A stretch of DNA of 64,000 nt. Origin: a virus (lineage: Duplodnaviria > Heunggongvirae > Uroviricota > Caudoviricetes > Schitoviridae). Under the pieces are notes generated by a model that worked only from the letters and a program-made list of their open reading frames with translations, was not told the DNA's origin and did no database searches. The stretch spans positions 14,146-78,145 of the IMG/VR virus record IMGVR_UViG_2974642717_000001; one strand, written 5' to 3'. This document shows positions 38,619-47,784 of the stretch, piece by piece. Position 1 is the first letter of the stretch; the number at the start of each line of letters is the position of its first letter. A program made the translations under genes and the position numbers.

Positions 38619-39815
38619 CTAGTTGTAGCCCACATCAAATTCAATTACGGTACCGAACTTCGGATTGAAGCCGTGTCCCGGTAGTTTTACCCAAATTACC
38701 GGATAGTCCGGTTCTTCAGTGATTTCTCGACACTCCAAGTCAGAGAAAACGATTAGCACTAGAGGCTTGTTCTCTTCTTTGTTGTAGTGTTCGAAGATAG
38801 GTTCAAGAGCTGTACCACCACGGCCATGGAACGTCACATCACGCAAGTCTTCGCCTTTCGCAAGGTTGTAGATCTTGTGGATCTGAGTATCACAGTCGAT
38901 GATAGACATCTTCTCAGGGTTGTTGTTTTCCATGATGTCGTCCAACTCAGTAATGAATGCTGAGAATTGGTGGTTCGACACTGAACATGAAGTATCAACA
39001 GCAGCACCGATATGGCCTAGGCTCTCAGAGAACATAGACGGCAGGTACATGCCTTGTGATTGGTAACGACGGTTAGGCTTCTTCCAAGAGAAGTCTTCTT
39101 TATCGAACGCTGCCATGTAGTTCTGTAGAATCACATTCCACGGAAGTTTAGGGTTAGTTAGACGTTCAATAGATACCGCGATGTCGCCCGGGATTGCACC
39201 GGCTTCACCTTTGATCTTAGCAGCAGTAGAGGCTTTGATGATCGCGTCTTCAACTTTACGTTGTACGTCAGCTTCATCTACCTTGCCGCCCTGTCCGTCA
39301 CCGTCTTTGTCACCACCGGGGCCAGTGCCCGCAGGAGCGAAGTCAGGTTGGAAGTTAGGATCTTGCTTATCTTGGTTCTTCATCAAGTCATCAAAGATCT
39401 TGTCAGAAGACCATTCTTTCTGGTCTTTGTACTGGTGATCAGCTAGACCGCCTTGAATCATCTTGTAACCGGCATCGATTAGCATGATGTTAATGTAGTG
39501 GTCAGTCGCCTGATTCCATACATTGAAGTTGTCTTTCTTAGTCTTGTTCATTCGCAGCATGTGCTGGAATGCAACGTGCCAAGCTTCGTGAGCTAGCAAA
39601 AAGATGCGCTCATCAGGGCTTAGTGGTTCAAAGAAATCTGGGTTAACGTATAAGTTCAAACCATCCGTACATGCAGTAGGGCATTCGTCGGTCCAGTTGA
39701 ACTTTAGACTGAAAAGAATTGTTGAGATAAAGACAGAGCCTTTAACCTGTAACAAACCGATCTTAGCTCGGTCGTATGCTTTTTGTAGTTTTGCATCTAC
39801 TTTGATAGTTTTCAT
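38619..39815 (-). CDS. vWA-domain protein with N-terminal HExxH metallopeptidase-like domain (DUF2201-VWA-like)
   Basis: 'LLAHEAWHVAFQHM' (HExxH). Internal Gly-rich linker 'GTGPGGDKDGDGQGG'. C-terminal MIDAS-like 'AAVDTSCSVS'. Confidence 0.6.
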   Translation of the reverse strand: MKTIKVDAKLQKAYDRAKIGLLQVKGSVFISTILFSLKFNWTDECPTACTDGLNLYVNPDFFEPLSPDERIFLLAHEAWHVAFQHMLRMNKTKKDNFNVWNQATDHYINIMLIDAGYKMIQGGLADHQYKDQKEWSSDKIFDDLMKNQDKQDPNFQPDFAPAGTGPGGDKDGDGQGGKVDEADVQRKVEDAIIKASTAAKIKGEAGAIPGDIAVSIERLTNPKLPWNVILQNYMAAFDKEDFSWKKPNRRYQSQGMYLPSMFSESLGHIGAAVDTSCSVSNHQFSAFITELDDIMENNNPEKMSIIDCDTQIHKIYNLAKGEDLRDVTFHGRGGTALEPIFEHYNKEENKPLVLIVFSDLECREITEEPDYPVIWVKLPGHGFNPKFGTVIEFDVGYN

Positions 39816-39817
39816 TT

Positions 39818-40051
39818 TTACTCTTCCAAAATGTTTAGTAGTTGTTGTTCCTGTTGGAACGCTTCAAGGGATTCGGCATTCTGTAGGAATGTGTAATCCG
39901 AACGGGTGTAAAAGGCATCAGCCTCTGATAGTCTTTCATGGCTAGCATGGGTTAGGCCGAAGAATCGTATCGTTTTATCTTCGTATACGCACTTGTAACG
40001 AAAGTATGATGAACCAGTTTCGTAATCAGGACGTGAATGTATTTCAACCAT
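39818..40051 (-). CDS. hypothetical protein, 77 aa
   Basis: ORF; ends ...NILEE. Confidence 0.45.
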   Translation of the reverse strand: MVEIHSRPDYETGSSYFRYKCVYEDKTIRFFGLTHASHERLSEADAFYTRSDYTFLQNAESLEAFQQEQQLLNILEE

Positions 40052-40323
40052 TATGCCTCCAATAGAGCAATCATCTTTAGCTCATTGATTGTTTGTTCGA
40101 GGTTGCCATAGTCAGTGACATTTCCGTCAGCATCTTTGCTTACGTCAACACCAAACACACACTCGTCACATTCAGTCTTGCAGTCAATAGCCCCTGACTC
40201 CCTAACGGTAGCATTGGCACTGTGTTTACACACCTCACGTTCAGCTAGGGTATCAGCGTCCATGCTTAGTAGCATTGGTTTTAACGTCTCAAGCCGTTTA
40301 ATGGTTAGTTCGATATTGGTCAT
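40051..40323 (-). CDS. small Cys-rich protein (putative zinc ribbon), 90 aa
   Basis: 'CKHS...CKTECDECVFG' cysteine cluster; ends ...ALLEA. Confidence 0.45.
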   Translation of the reverse strand: MTNIELTIKRLETLKPMLLSMDADTLAEREVCKHSANATVRESGAIDCKTECDECVFGVDVSKDADGNVTDYGNLEQTINELKMIALLEA

Positions 40324-40631
40324 ACGTCCTCCAGTAAGGCATCAACCTTCTTGATATTCAGTATTCCCATGTGCTCGACTAGGTGCATTGGTAGGTCTTT
40401 ACGCGTACGTAACTCCTTCTCCAATTCAACTAGAGCTTCATCCAAGTAACCGGCAGGTGGATTGGTCATATCAGGAGCTTCATCACTGTTAGCCCAAATG
40501 GTATGAGGGTAACGAGCTTTCCACGCCATACGTAATGCATGGAATACGTGGGAAGTAGCCATCTGGGAGACACGTTTGCCATACCCATGAGCATTCATCC
40601 ATAAGAAGTTGCCATAGTTATCTTCCATCAT
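40320..40631 (-). CDS. hypothetical protein, 103 aa
   Basis: ORF; ends ...ALLEDV. Confidence 0.45.
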   Translation of the reverse strand: MMEDNYGNFLWMNAHGYGKRVSQMATSHVFHALRMAWKARYPHTIWANSDEAPDMTNPPAGYLDEALVELEKELRTRKDLPMHLVEHMGILNIKKVDALLEDV

Positions 40632-40912
40632 TCATCCTCCAGCAGATCTGTCAGCTGTACAACTTGGATAATCTTATCCATGTCACGGTTAACCGCATCT
40701 GCTGAGATATGTCCAAAGAAACATCCCTCACAGTCATTAGCTTTAGTTACTAGACGTGGGTCCCTTGGACTATCTCCTTTACCTTGGCGACATACAGGCA
40801 CACAGAAGTGCTGCTCAAAGTAGTCCTTAGAATCTTCCGTAGCTTCATGATTGTTTATCACATGCATGAATTCGCGCACAGACTCTAGGGCTTTTAATAT
40901 ATTTACACTCAT
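40628..40912 (-). CDS. small Cys-rich protein (putative zinc ribbon), 94 aa
   Basis: 'CVPVCRQG...CEGCFFGH'; ends ...DLLEDE. Confidence 0.45.
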   Translation of the reverse strand: MSVNILKALESVREFMHVINNHEATEDSKDYFEQHFCVPVCRQGKGDSPRDPRLVTKANDCEGCFFGHISADAVNRDMDKIIQVVQLTDLLEDE

Positions 40913-40987
40913 ATTTGTACCTTGTGTTAGAATTGCCTATACCTAATTATGAGGAATTAAATATGGCACATGTGTTGAAATTATGGA

Positions 40988-41470
40988 CTAAGCTTTAGTC
41001 CAACCTTTATGACTTTTACCCTTACCCTTAGCTATTGCAGCCATATGGGAGGGGTGTAGTCGGTTATCTCTGCAGAATTTACGTAGGTTGTATACACTTA
41101 CCACGTTCCCTTGAGGATCTTTAAATGTATACTGCTTAGCACGAGACTCCACTTTATTCTCAGTGGGGGTCACGAATTTACACGTATACGGGCTGTAATG
41201 TTTTGAGCCTGCTATATGTAGCACGTCCTTATCCAGTTGTGCCCCTTCAAAGTAATTACTCCCATCACACCATGCTGCAAACACTTGGTAATCATGCCAT
41301 GCGTCACATACAGTTACGCCCTTTGCCCCATACCATCGATAGGCACGAGTCTTGGGGTTATAACACCTACCTAACATTCCCACCCAAAGTCTATAACACT
41401 TAACCTGTTTCCCTTTAACGGTTGTAGGGTAGGGGCCGGGCCCGATGAATCCTATATTACATACTGACAC
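40988..41470 (-). CDS. AP2-like DNA-binding / homing-endonuclease-associated protein, paralog 1
   Basis: Shares 'CYRLWVGMLGRCYNP...YRWYGAKGVTVCDAWHDYQVFAAW...YNLRKFCRDNRL...SHKGW' with ORFs 50421..51158 and 51845..52327. Confidence 0.45.
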   Translation of the reverse strand: MSVCNIGFIGPGPYPTTVKGKQVKCYRLWVGMLGRCYNPKTRAYRWYGAKGVTVCDAWHDYQVFAAWCDGSNYFEGAQLDKDVLHIAGSKHYSPYTCKFVTPTENKVESRAKQYTFKDPQGNVVSVYNLRKFCRDNRLHPSHMAAIAKGKGKSHKGWTKA

Positions 41471-41554
41471 GACACCTCCTTACTGGTATACTGCGCGGTT
41501 TTAGGGTGGTACTATATCGCTATAATAATATATCCCAACTCTTAAGAGGAAATT

Positions 41555-42475
41555 ATGGCATACACTAAAATTACAGCCGACGGGCTGTACCCTTTAAATA
41601 ACGATATGAATACTAGCGAAACCACCATTTATGTTGGTGAGATACCAGCAGCAACTACTATCGCAATTGGTTTTAATGATCCAGATGGGAATTGGACTCC
41701 ATTCCCCAACTCGACATTAACTTCCCACACACCACTATCTATCAGCCATGGGCATGATGTAATGCTTATCGCATTAGCGGTAGATGTGTCTGGTGAAATT
41801 AACATCAGTACCAAGAAAGAAGGTCTTGGAAGCCTTGAAGGTTTACTTAATGTTATCGCGGATAACACCCAATCACCTATTAAAGTAGATGCTCCTGTAG
41901 ACACCCCTAGTGTACGTGTACAAGGTGGATGGCTTGAAGGGTATACCAAAGCTCAGATAGATGAGTTATTACTCTTAGGTAATGCTAGGTTTAGCGCATA
42001 TACCCTTGATGGTGTGACAGTGAGTAAAGACCCATTGAACCCTACATATCTAGACGGAGTTACCCTATTTCCATCATCTAGCGCAGACTTCCAACTCATC
42101 TATAACAATGCAGGAGAGTCGTGGATCAAGAATGTATCTTCCCGCACCGTTGAAATGGTAGGTGATTCTATGTGGCAGTTGGCTCAAGGTGCAGGTAGTA
42201 CAGGTGAGTTCGTCTTATGGTCGGAGAGATCTTCAGATGATGGGGAAACTTACTTTGAAAACGACCTGTCGTTACGTAAGAAATTAATCCCTAATAACTC
42301 TGCAGACTCTGTTAGCCTACCTACAGCTGTGGGTACTTGGGCACCTGATGAGTGTATTAGGTGGGCCATGTATAATAAACAGTCCGGTGACGTTATTCTT
42401 GCTACTCCAACGGATACAGTTAACGGTAACCCTATTTCAGGTATCGCTGTATACTGGAGACTAGAAGAGATCTAG
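41555..42475 (+). CDS. hypothetical protein, 306 aa; only +-strand gene inside the - strand block
   Basis: SD AAGAGGAAAT before the ATG; uses GGG/AGG/AGA/ATA codons more than core genes; flanked by an AP2-like selfish gene and a lipoprotein gene. Confidence 0.5.
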   Translation: MAYTKITADGLYPLNNDMNTSETTIYVGEIPAATTIAIGFNDPDGNWTPFPNSTLTSHTPLSISHGHDVMLIALAVDVSGEINISTKKEGLGSLEGLLNVIADNTQSPIKVDAPVDTPSVRVQGGWLEGYTKAQIDELLLLGNARFSAYTLDGVTVSKDPLNPTYLDGVTLFPSSSADFQLIYNNAGESWIKNVSSRTVEMVGDSMWQLAQGAGSTGEFVLWSERSSDDGETYFENDLSLRKKLIPNNSADSVSLPTAVGTWAPDECIRWAMYNKQSGDVILATPTDTVNGNPISGIAVYWRLEEI

Positions 42476-42954
42476 TCCCCACCTTTACAAGCTATAAAGT
42501 TACCTAGTAACTCGCCATCATGATCGTCGTGTTTATAGGTGTACCTTAAGTTGCAGTTCTCTTGGGCCATCATATACATACCCCAGATTTGGGATGAACG
42601 CATATCAGCTGGACTAAATAAGTCAGATGTCCATCCACTGCCCTGGTCCGGGTGGGTGTGCATGTAGGCCATAGCCTCACAGTTCTTCTGTGGGGTGTTT
42701 ACTTTTGGGTCCATCGTATTAGACAAACCTCCGACCTGCATATCCGAGAAGAAGTAACCTTCATCACATTGATATATCCAACCCATTGCTTCCTGTTCAG
42801 GGGTTAGATTGTTGATAGCATCCATATGGTAGTTATACCAAGCATAAGCAGCAGAATGCTGATCTTTATGTACAATCGGTATTGTTTTATACGTAGGTAG
42901 TGGCTCACACCCTACAGTGCAGGCTGCTGCCAACAAGGCAATAAACATTTTCAT
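42472..42954 (-). CDS. lipoprotein with HxHP...SPAD (JAB/RadC-like?) motif
   Basis: Signal peptide with lipobox 'LLAAAC'; 'AYMHTHPDQGSGWTSDLFSPADM' resembles JAB/RadC-type HxH...S..D metal motifs but with non-canonical spacing. Confidence 0.4.
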   Translation of the reverse strand: MKMFIALLAAACTVGCEPLPTYKTIPIVHKDQHSAAYAWYNYHMDAINNLTPEQEAMGWIYQCDEGYFFSDMQVGGLSNTMDPKVNTPQKNCEAMAYMHTHPDQGSGWTSDLFSPADMRSSQIWGMYMMAQENCNLRYTYKHDDHDGELLGNFIACKGGD

Positions 42955-43015
42955 AATTATCCTTAGCGGAAAGACTCGGTGGCGGGATTCTTCCCGCCTC
43001 CGCAGTCTTGCAGCG

Positions 43016-43480
43016 TTATTCCATTAGTTCCATCATTCGAATGAAAGCTAGAGCTTCACCAAGAGTTTCAAAGTCACCCTTATCAATCACACCTTGATGT
43101 TCTTCCATTGATTCAAGTTCCTTCTTAATAGGATTTGCCAGATATTCCGTGATAACCTCTAAGGTATCAACAGGATCTACCCAGAATCCATACTCGGTAT
43201 CTCCTTGAATACACCATTCAAGAGTACCTTGAGCCTCTGGGTCAAACCATACAGTGAAATTACTCATAGTATCCCCCTGCATAAATAGTAAGTGGTCAGC
43301 GCGGTACTCAGCCATAATCCCTAAGTAACACTGAGCATCACGTTCAAGGTCATACGCTTCTTGTTCCATTCCTTGCTTTGCTGCGCTAACAGAAAGCTCC
43401 ATACAGTCTTGCTGCATCTCTTGAAGTATCTCAAGTGTTCTATGTGCGATCATAATGAATTCCATATAAAAAAAGCCCAC
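43016..43480 (-). CDS. acidic hypothetical protein, 154 aa
   Basis: ORF; a T-rich hairpin-like region lies downstream at ~43470-43500. Confidence 0.45.
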   Translation of the reverse strand: MGFFYMEFIMIAHRTLEILQEMQQDCMELSVSAAKQGMEQEAYDLERDAQCYLGIMAEYRADHLLFMQGDTMSNFTVWFDPEAQGTLEWCIQGDTEYGFWVDPVDTLEVITEYLANPIKKELESMEEHQGVIDKGDFETLGEALAFIRMMELME

Positions 43481-43508
43481 TATAAAGTGGGCATTTGGTT
43501 AGTTAGGT

Positions 43509-43739
43509 TTAGCCTTTGTCAGCTTTATTGACGATGTCAATCGCTTTACTATTTAAACCTACGACCACTAATAGACCCATAATAGTCATCAGTGTTACAG
43601 ACAGCGGCCATAGTAATGCACCTAACAAAACGTTAGGCCATCGCATAGGCTTTTCCATTGCTGAGTTAAGAGCCCAGAAGAACAGCGCATATAGCGCAGC
43701 CACAGTTAAGTAAATACCCATTAGTCTTCGTCTCCACAC
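43509..43739 (-). CDS. small two-TM membrane protein, 76 aa
   Basis: Two long hydrophobic helices (LTVAALYALFFWAL, LLGALLWPLSVTLMTIMGLLVVVGL). Confidence 0.45.
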   Translation of the reverse strand: MWRRRLMGIYLTVAALYALFFWALNSAMEKPMRWPNVLLGALLWPLSVTLMTIMGLLVVVGLNSKAIDIVNKADKG

Positions 43740-43924
43740 ATTGATTTAATGTTTTGACGAATCTTCTTCGCCTTCTCAGCTTCCTTAGCGAGAGTGTCCA
43801 CCTTTTCCTGCATTGCTGCGATCTTAGCTGCACTTTTCTCGTTTTTCTTTTCAGCCGCTTTCGCGAATGAAGCAGCTTGGTTTTCCAACCAAGCCATAAG
43901 AGCTAGTAATACTTTAAAGTTCAT
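43721..43924 (-). CDS. small coiled-coil protein, 67 aa
   Basis: K/E/A-rich helix; overlaps neighbours by a few nt. Confidence 0.4.
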   Translation of the reverse strand: MNFKVLLALMAWLENQAASFAKAAEKKNEKSAAKIAAMQEKVDTLAKEAEKAKKIRQNIKSMCGDED

Positions 43925-43936
43925 ACTTTGTCCTTA

Positions 43937-44878
43937 TTATTTACCCGGTAGCCACAATGCATCAGGTGTTTCGCCAATACTCATGTTTGGAACAGAACCG
44001 TTCCATTGTTTAGCGCGAACCATCTCTACTTCAATACGCTTAAGTTCAACGATTGATGGAGTAAGAGATTTAGCTAGAGTCTTGTTACCTTCAGCTGTGT
44101 TCTTCATTGCTTGAAGTTCAGCTTTAGATACAACATCGATTTCGTGTGCACGAGCGTTAGCTTTAGACTCACGTTCGAATTGGTCAGCACGAGCTAGAGC
44201 TTTACGCTCTTTCTCAATACCTTCTGCTACAGCTTCTTTAGTCTTAGACTCAGTCTGCTTTAGCTTAAGGTTATGCTGTTCAATCATATCGTCTTCAGCA
44301 CGTTGAGCTGCACGGTCAATACGATCGGCAATCTTAGCGTGAGGAAGTACAGATTGAGGCAACACTTGTACGATTTGTACGTGTGTAGCGTACTTCTGTA
44401 GCTCATCAAACAGATACTCACCAAGGCCCTGACGAGACTCAGGCAACATCAGTGTACGAGTATCTTTGATCTGTGCAGCGTAGTAGTTAGCAAGAGAGTG
44501 AACACGTTGTGTCAGCTCTTGGTCTACATAGTTCTCCACTGTACCGTACTTAGCTGCAACGACAGGAGCCGAAGTAGTTTTAAGGCGGTAGTTGATCATG
44601 ATGTCACCACGTGCCGGGGTAGCGGCATCGGCTTCAGTAGTAAGTTTGATGTTCTCAAAGTACTTCTTCTGCTGAGTAATAGGCATGATCTGTAGATCTT
44701 CAATGATTGGGATAGTCACAATCGGACCAGTACCTACAGGTACGTCTTGGATCTCACCTAGTCGAGTAAGTACACCAATCTCTTTATCATTGATGATATT
44801 GATGTTGCTTACAGCTACGCCAACAGTAGCTAGACCGAGTGCAGCAATACCTGCGATGGCAATGTGTTTCATGTTCAT
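43937..44878 (-). CDS. SPFH/band-7 (stomatin/HflC-like) membrane protein
   Basis: N-terminal TM 'IAIAGIAALGLATVGVAV'; SPFH core 'EIGVLTRLGEIQDV...PIVTIPIIEDLQIMPI...GDIMINYRLK...APVVAAKYG'; C-terminal coiled coil. Confidence 0.6.
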   Translation of the reverse strand: MNMKHIAIAGIAALGLATVGVAVSNINIINDKEIGVLTRLGEIQDVPVGTGPIVTIPIIEDLQIMPITQQKKYFENIKLTTEADAATPARGDIMINYRLKTTSAPVVAAKYGTVENYVDQELTQRVHSLANYYAAQIKDTRTLMLPESRQGLGEYLFDELQKYATHVQIVQVLPQSVLPHAKIADRIDRAAQRAEDDMIEQHNLKLKQTESKTKEAVAEGIEKERKALARADQFERESKANARAHEIDVVSKAELQAMKNTAEGNKTLAKSLTPSIVELKRIEVEMVRAKQWNGSVPNMSIGETPDALWLPGK

Positions 44879-44902
44879 TCGTTTGGTTCCTGTGTTAAAT
44901 GA

Positions 44903-45718
44903 TTAAGCGACTAACTCACCTTCGATAGCTTCTTTCTCCATTCGTTGTTTGAATGGTAGAGCCATTGAAGGATCAACAGTGTTTAGGGCAGTTACTTTTG
45001 TGCTCACATCTTCAAGCACAACCTTCTGACGTTCGATGAATACATCTAGGCCAGACTCGTCAACAGTAGACGTTAGTTTCAAGCTGCTATCAATCTCTGC
45101 GTTCAGAGCGATAACTGCTACAGCTGTCTCAGCTGACTCAAGACGAGTTTGCTTAACGCTTAGCTCGTTCTCTTTGTTCATTACGTTCTTCTCAAGTACA
45201 TCGATTGTAGCTTCGAATGTACCAAGAGATTCCAACTGAGCATTCAGACGGATCTTCTTGTTAGAGATAGCACGTTGAAGGTTTGAGCCTTTAATTTCAA
45301 GCTCACCACGCGTGTTGTCGTCAAAGGCTTTCGCCCAGTCGCCTTCCACTACGTCAAGCTCAGCTTGTAGAGATTCAATCTCATTGCTTAGCTTACCTTG
45401 GTTGTTACGCATCACAGCAAGCTGTGCTTTTTTGTCGAACAACGTTTCACGGGCATTATCAATTGCGCGTGCTTCTTGGTCGAGACCATTAGAGAAGTCT
45501 TCAAGGCGTTGTTCCTCTTCAGTCTTCTTCGGTTTCATCATCTCTTCCAGACGAGCAGCTTCTTCTTCTTTACGGCGCTTCTCAGCTTCGTCTTTCAGTC
45601 GTTTCTTCTCGTCGGTTTTACGTTGCTCTTCTGCACGTGCAAGTGCTTCAGAGTCAGCGATCATTTGTTGTTCTAGACGGTATGCGTTTGGGGTGAAGAT
45701 TTTCTTTAAAAAGCTCAT
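44903..45718 (-). CDS. long coiled-coil protein (ER/K-rich single alpha-helix plus heptad coiled coil; PspA/flotillin-C-like?)
   Basis: 271 aa, almost entirely helical. 'KTDEKKRLKDEAEKRRKEEEAARLEE' segment. Directly upstream of the SPFH gene in the same operon. Confidence 0.35.
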   Translation of the reverse strand: MSFLKKIFTPNAYRLEQQMIADSEALARAEEQRKTDEKKRLKDEAEKRRKEEEAARLEEMMKPKKTEEEQRLEDFSNGLDQEARAIDNARETLFDKKAQLAVMRNNQGKLSNEIESLQAELDVVEGDWAKAFDDNTRGELEIKGSNLQRAISNKKIRLNAQLESLGTFEATIDVLEKNVMNKENELSVKQTRLESAETAVAVIALNAEIDSSLKLTSTVDESGLDVFIERQKVVLEDVSTKVTALNTVDPSMALPFKQRMEKEAIEGELVA

Positions 45719-45752
45719 GGTACTTTTCCTATTACTATTTGATTAAATGAGT

Positions 45753-45959
45753 TTATTCTACTGGGATGATTTTAAGAGCACGCTGACCTTTGTCAGTCTC
45801 TTCTAGACCTTCGATCGTAATCTCTTGTCCAGGTTTCAGAAAGCGAAAGCCTTCCATTGTGATAACTGACTGATGAAGTAATACATCTGACTCGATACCT
45901 TCGACTTTTGCGAATCCGTAACCACGGGTTCTGTTAAACCATTCTACGACAGCTTTCAT
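45753..45959 (-). CDS. cold-shock domain protein (CspA family)
   Basis: 'KAVVEWFNRTRGYGFAKVEG' matches the CSD RNP1 motif (KGxVKWFNxxKGFGFI). Confidence 0.75.
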   Translation of the reverse strand: MKAVVEWFNRTRGYGFAKVEGIESDVLLHQSVITMEGFRFLKPGQEITIEGLEETDKGQRALKIIPVE

Positions 45960-46004
45960 TTGTTGCTCCTAATTAATATATAAAAAACGGGGCACATATG
46001 TCCC

Positions 46005-46259
46005 CTAAGATACAACACTGTACATGTTAGCCATGCGCAGTGCTTTAGCTTTGCTCTTTGAACGATATAAAGCCATTGAAGGATCTATCAATAGAAATTC
46101 ACTAGTACGTTCATTGATTTGTGTACCAACCTGATACCCTTTAGGGCTTAACACAGCTTTGGTAGGTAGGTGCAACACTGTTACACCCATGTGAGGTGAC
46201 TCGACTACCAAGTACATAGGCTTAGTCGTCAGCGAATAGGTACTTCGCGTTCTGAACAA
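46005..46259 (-). CDS. hypothetical protein, 84 aa
   Basis: ORF; overlaps the start region of the ATPase gene. Confidence 0.35.
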   Translation of the reverse strand: MFRTRSTYSLTTKPMYLVVESPHMGVTVLHLPTKAVLSPKGYQVGTQINERTSEFLLIDPSMALYRSKSKAKALRMANMYSVVS

Positions 46260-47304
46260 TCCATTTACGCATAATCGGGTCTTTCTTTACAGCAGGTGTA
46301 CGCTTAAACATGTCACGGAAACAGATAATCTGGAACTCCATGCTCATGCGCTCTACGTACTTAACAACTTGCGCCAGATCTTTCGTATCTGTCTTCGATG
46401 CGATAGTACCGCAAGTGAAGTACAGAGCCGAAGGCTCATCTGGTACATCAAGTGTGTCAGGCTTAGCCAAGATTTGTTGGAAGGTTGGTAGTTTAGAACC
46501 AATCTCACAGTAACCTAGGAAAGCACGCGCAGGACCTTCGCCTACAATACCAGCCATAGCAGGCATATGTTCAGCAGTAAGATCATTAGCTTTACCATAA
46601 CGCGACATGAAGTCCCAAGTACGAGGACAAGGGAATGTCTTATCATGGTGGTTCGGATCAAACTCGTGGAGCTTATCCGGTGCGAATGCAATGTAAGAGG
46701 TCACTCGTGAATCAACACCGGCACCAGATGCCCATGATAACCAGTCTTCATGATCAATATCCACTTCCAAGTGCATAAGACGAGACTGCATTGCAGTACC
46801 GATTTTGTTTACGATCGCACCATCGTTCTTACGGTTACCCGCACAAACAATGTGTACTTTCGGATGAAGCTTGTGCTGACCTACTTCTTTATCAAGAGCT
46901 AGCTTATAAGCAGCAGCTTGAACAGACATCGGTGCAGACGGTAGCTCATCCAAGAACAGCAACCAGCCGTCCTTACCTTTTGGCACGTCACAGCCTTCAA
47001 TCGGGAACAGATCAAATGGAGTGAATGTAGCACTACCATTTACAATTGCAGGAAGACCACTTAGATCTGTTGGATCTGAGGTGGATAGACGGTGGTCAAT
47101 TACTTCAAGGTTTAGCTCTTGAGCTACTTGACGCACGATGTCTGACTTACCAATGCCCGGGGCACCAGCAACATACGGCACCAACTTAGCGTTAAGTGCA
47201 TTTACAACGAATTTACCTGCATTCTTTAGAGTTACGATCATTACTTTATTTCCTTTTACTTTAGAGAAGACCCTTACGGGCCTAGATTTGGGTGTCCAGC
47301 GCAT
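46222..47304 (-). CDS. MoxR-type AAA+ ATPase (AAA_5/CbbQ-like)
   Basis: Walker A 'GAPGIGKSDIV'; Walker B 'LLFLDELPSAP'; ~360 aa, single AAA module. Confidence 0.7.
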   Translation of the reverse strand: MRWTPKSRPVRVFSKVKGNKVMIVTLKNAGKFVVNALNAKLVPYVAGAPGIGKSDIVRQVAQELNLEVIDHRLSTSDPTDLSGLPAIVNGSATFTPFDLFPIEGCDVPKGKDGWLLFLDELPSAPMSVQAAAYKLALDKEVGQHKLHPKVHIVCAGNRKNDGAIVNKIGTAMQSRLMHLEVDIDHEDWLSWASGAGVDSRVTSYIAFAPDKLHEFDPNHHDKTFPCPRTWDFMSRYGKANDLTAEHMPAMAGIVGEGPARAFLGYCEIGSKLPTFQQILAKPDTLDVPDEPSALYFTCGTIASKTDTKDLAQVVKYVERMSMEFQIICFRDMFKRTPAVKKDPIMRKWIVQNAKYLFADD

Positions 47305-47397
47305 TATCCCCAGCTATGCTACACCGCCCCCTTGGATATAAGCTTTCGCTACCGGCAGCAGTATTGGGATTGAACCAATCAGTCTCTGGACATTTGT

Positions 47398-47778
47398 TTA
47401 GGTTTTGTCGCGTAGAGCAATAAGCTCTTCGATAGACAGGTTACTTAGAGACTCATCTTCTTTCTGAGCGATTAACTCATTAAGCTTGTTGCGCTCTTCT
47501 TTACGTTTACGCGCGTTAGCTGCTGTATCACGCTTATCTTGACGATATGCAATGACAGCCTTCACGATTTGCAGTTTGTTAGCAGCGAAGTTACCCGCCT
47601 TTGACGCCGGTTCAATGAAGCTAACAGTGTTAGCCTCGCTTTCCTCATGTAGACGGACAGCAACATCATTGACTTGAGTCAGTGGCATTTGGAACAGATC
47701 TTCCAGAGTCACATCACCTTTAGCAGAGGCAAAGCGAAAACGCTCAGCCAATGCTACCATTAGTAGTTTTTCCATCAT
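47398..47778 (-). CDS. hypothetical protein, 126 aa, K/R-rich helical
   Basis: ORF between the ATPase and the large gene. Confidence 0.45.
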   Translation of the reverse strand: MMEKLLMVALAERFRFASAKGDVTLEDLFQMPLTQVNDVAVRLHEESEANTVSFIEPASKAGNFAANKLQIVKAVIAYRQDKRDTAANARKRKEERNKLNELIAQKEDESLSNLSIEELIALRDKT

Positions 47779-47784
47779 GGTTCC

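Noticed and set aside
44903-45718. Calling the 271-aa coiled-coil protein a bona fide PspA/IM30 homolog
   Set aside because: There is only a loose N-terminal resemblance (MSFLKKIF versus MGIFSRF) and general helicity. Any long coiled coil would look similar by eye, so it is kept as a hypothesis only.
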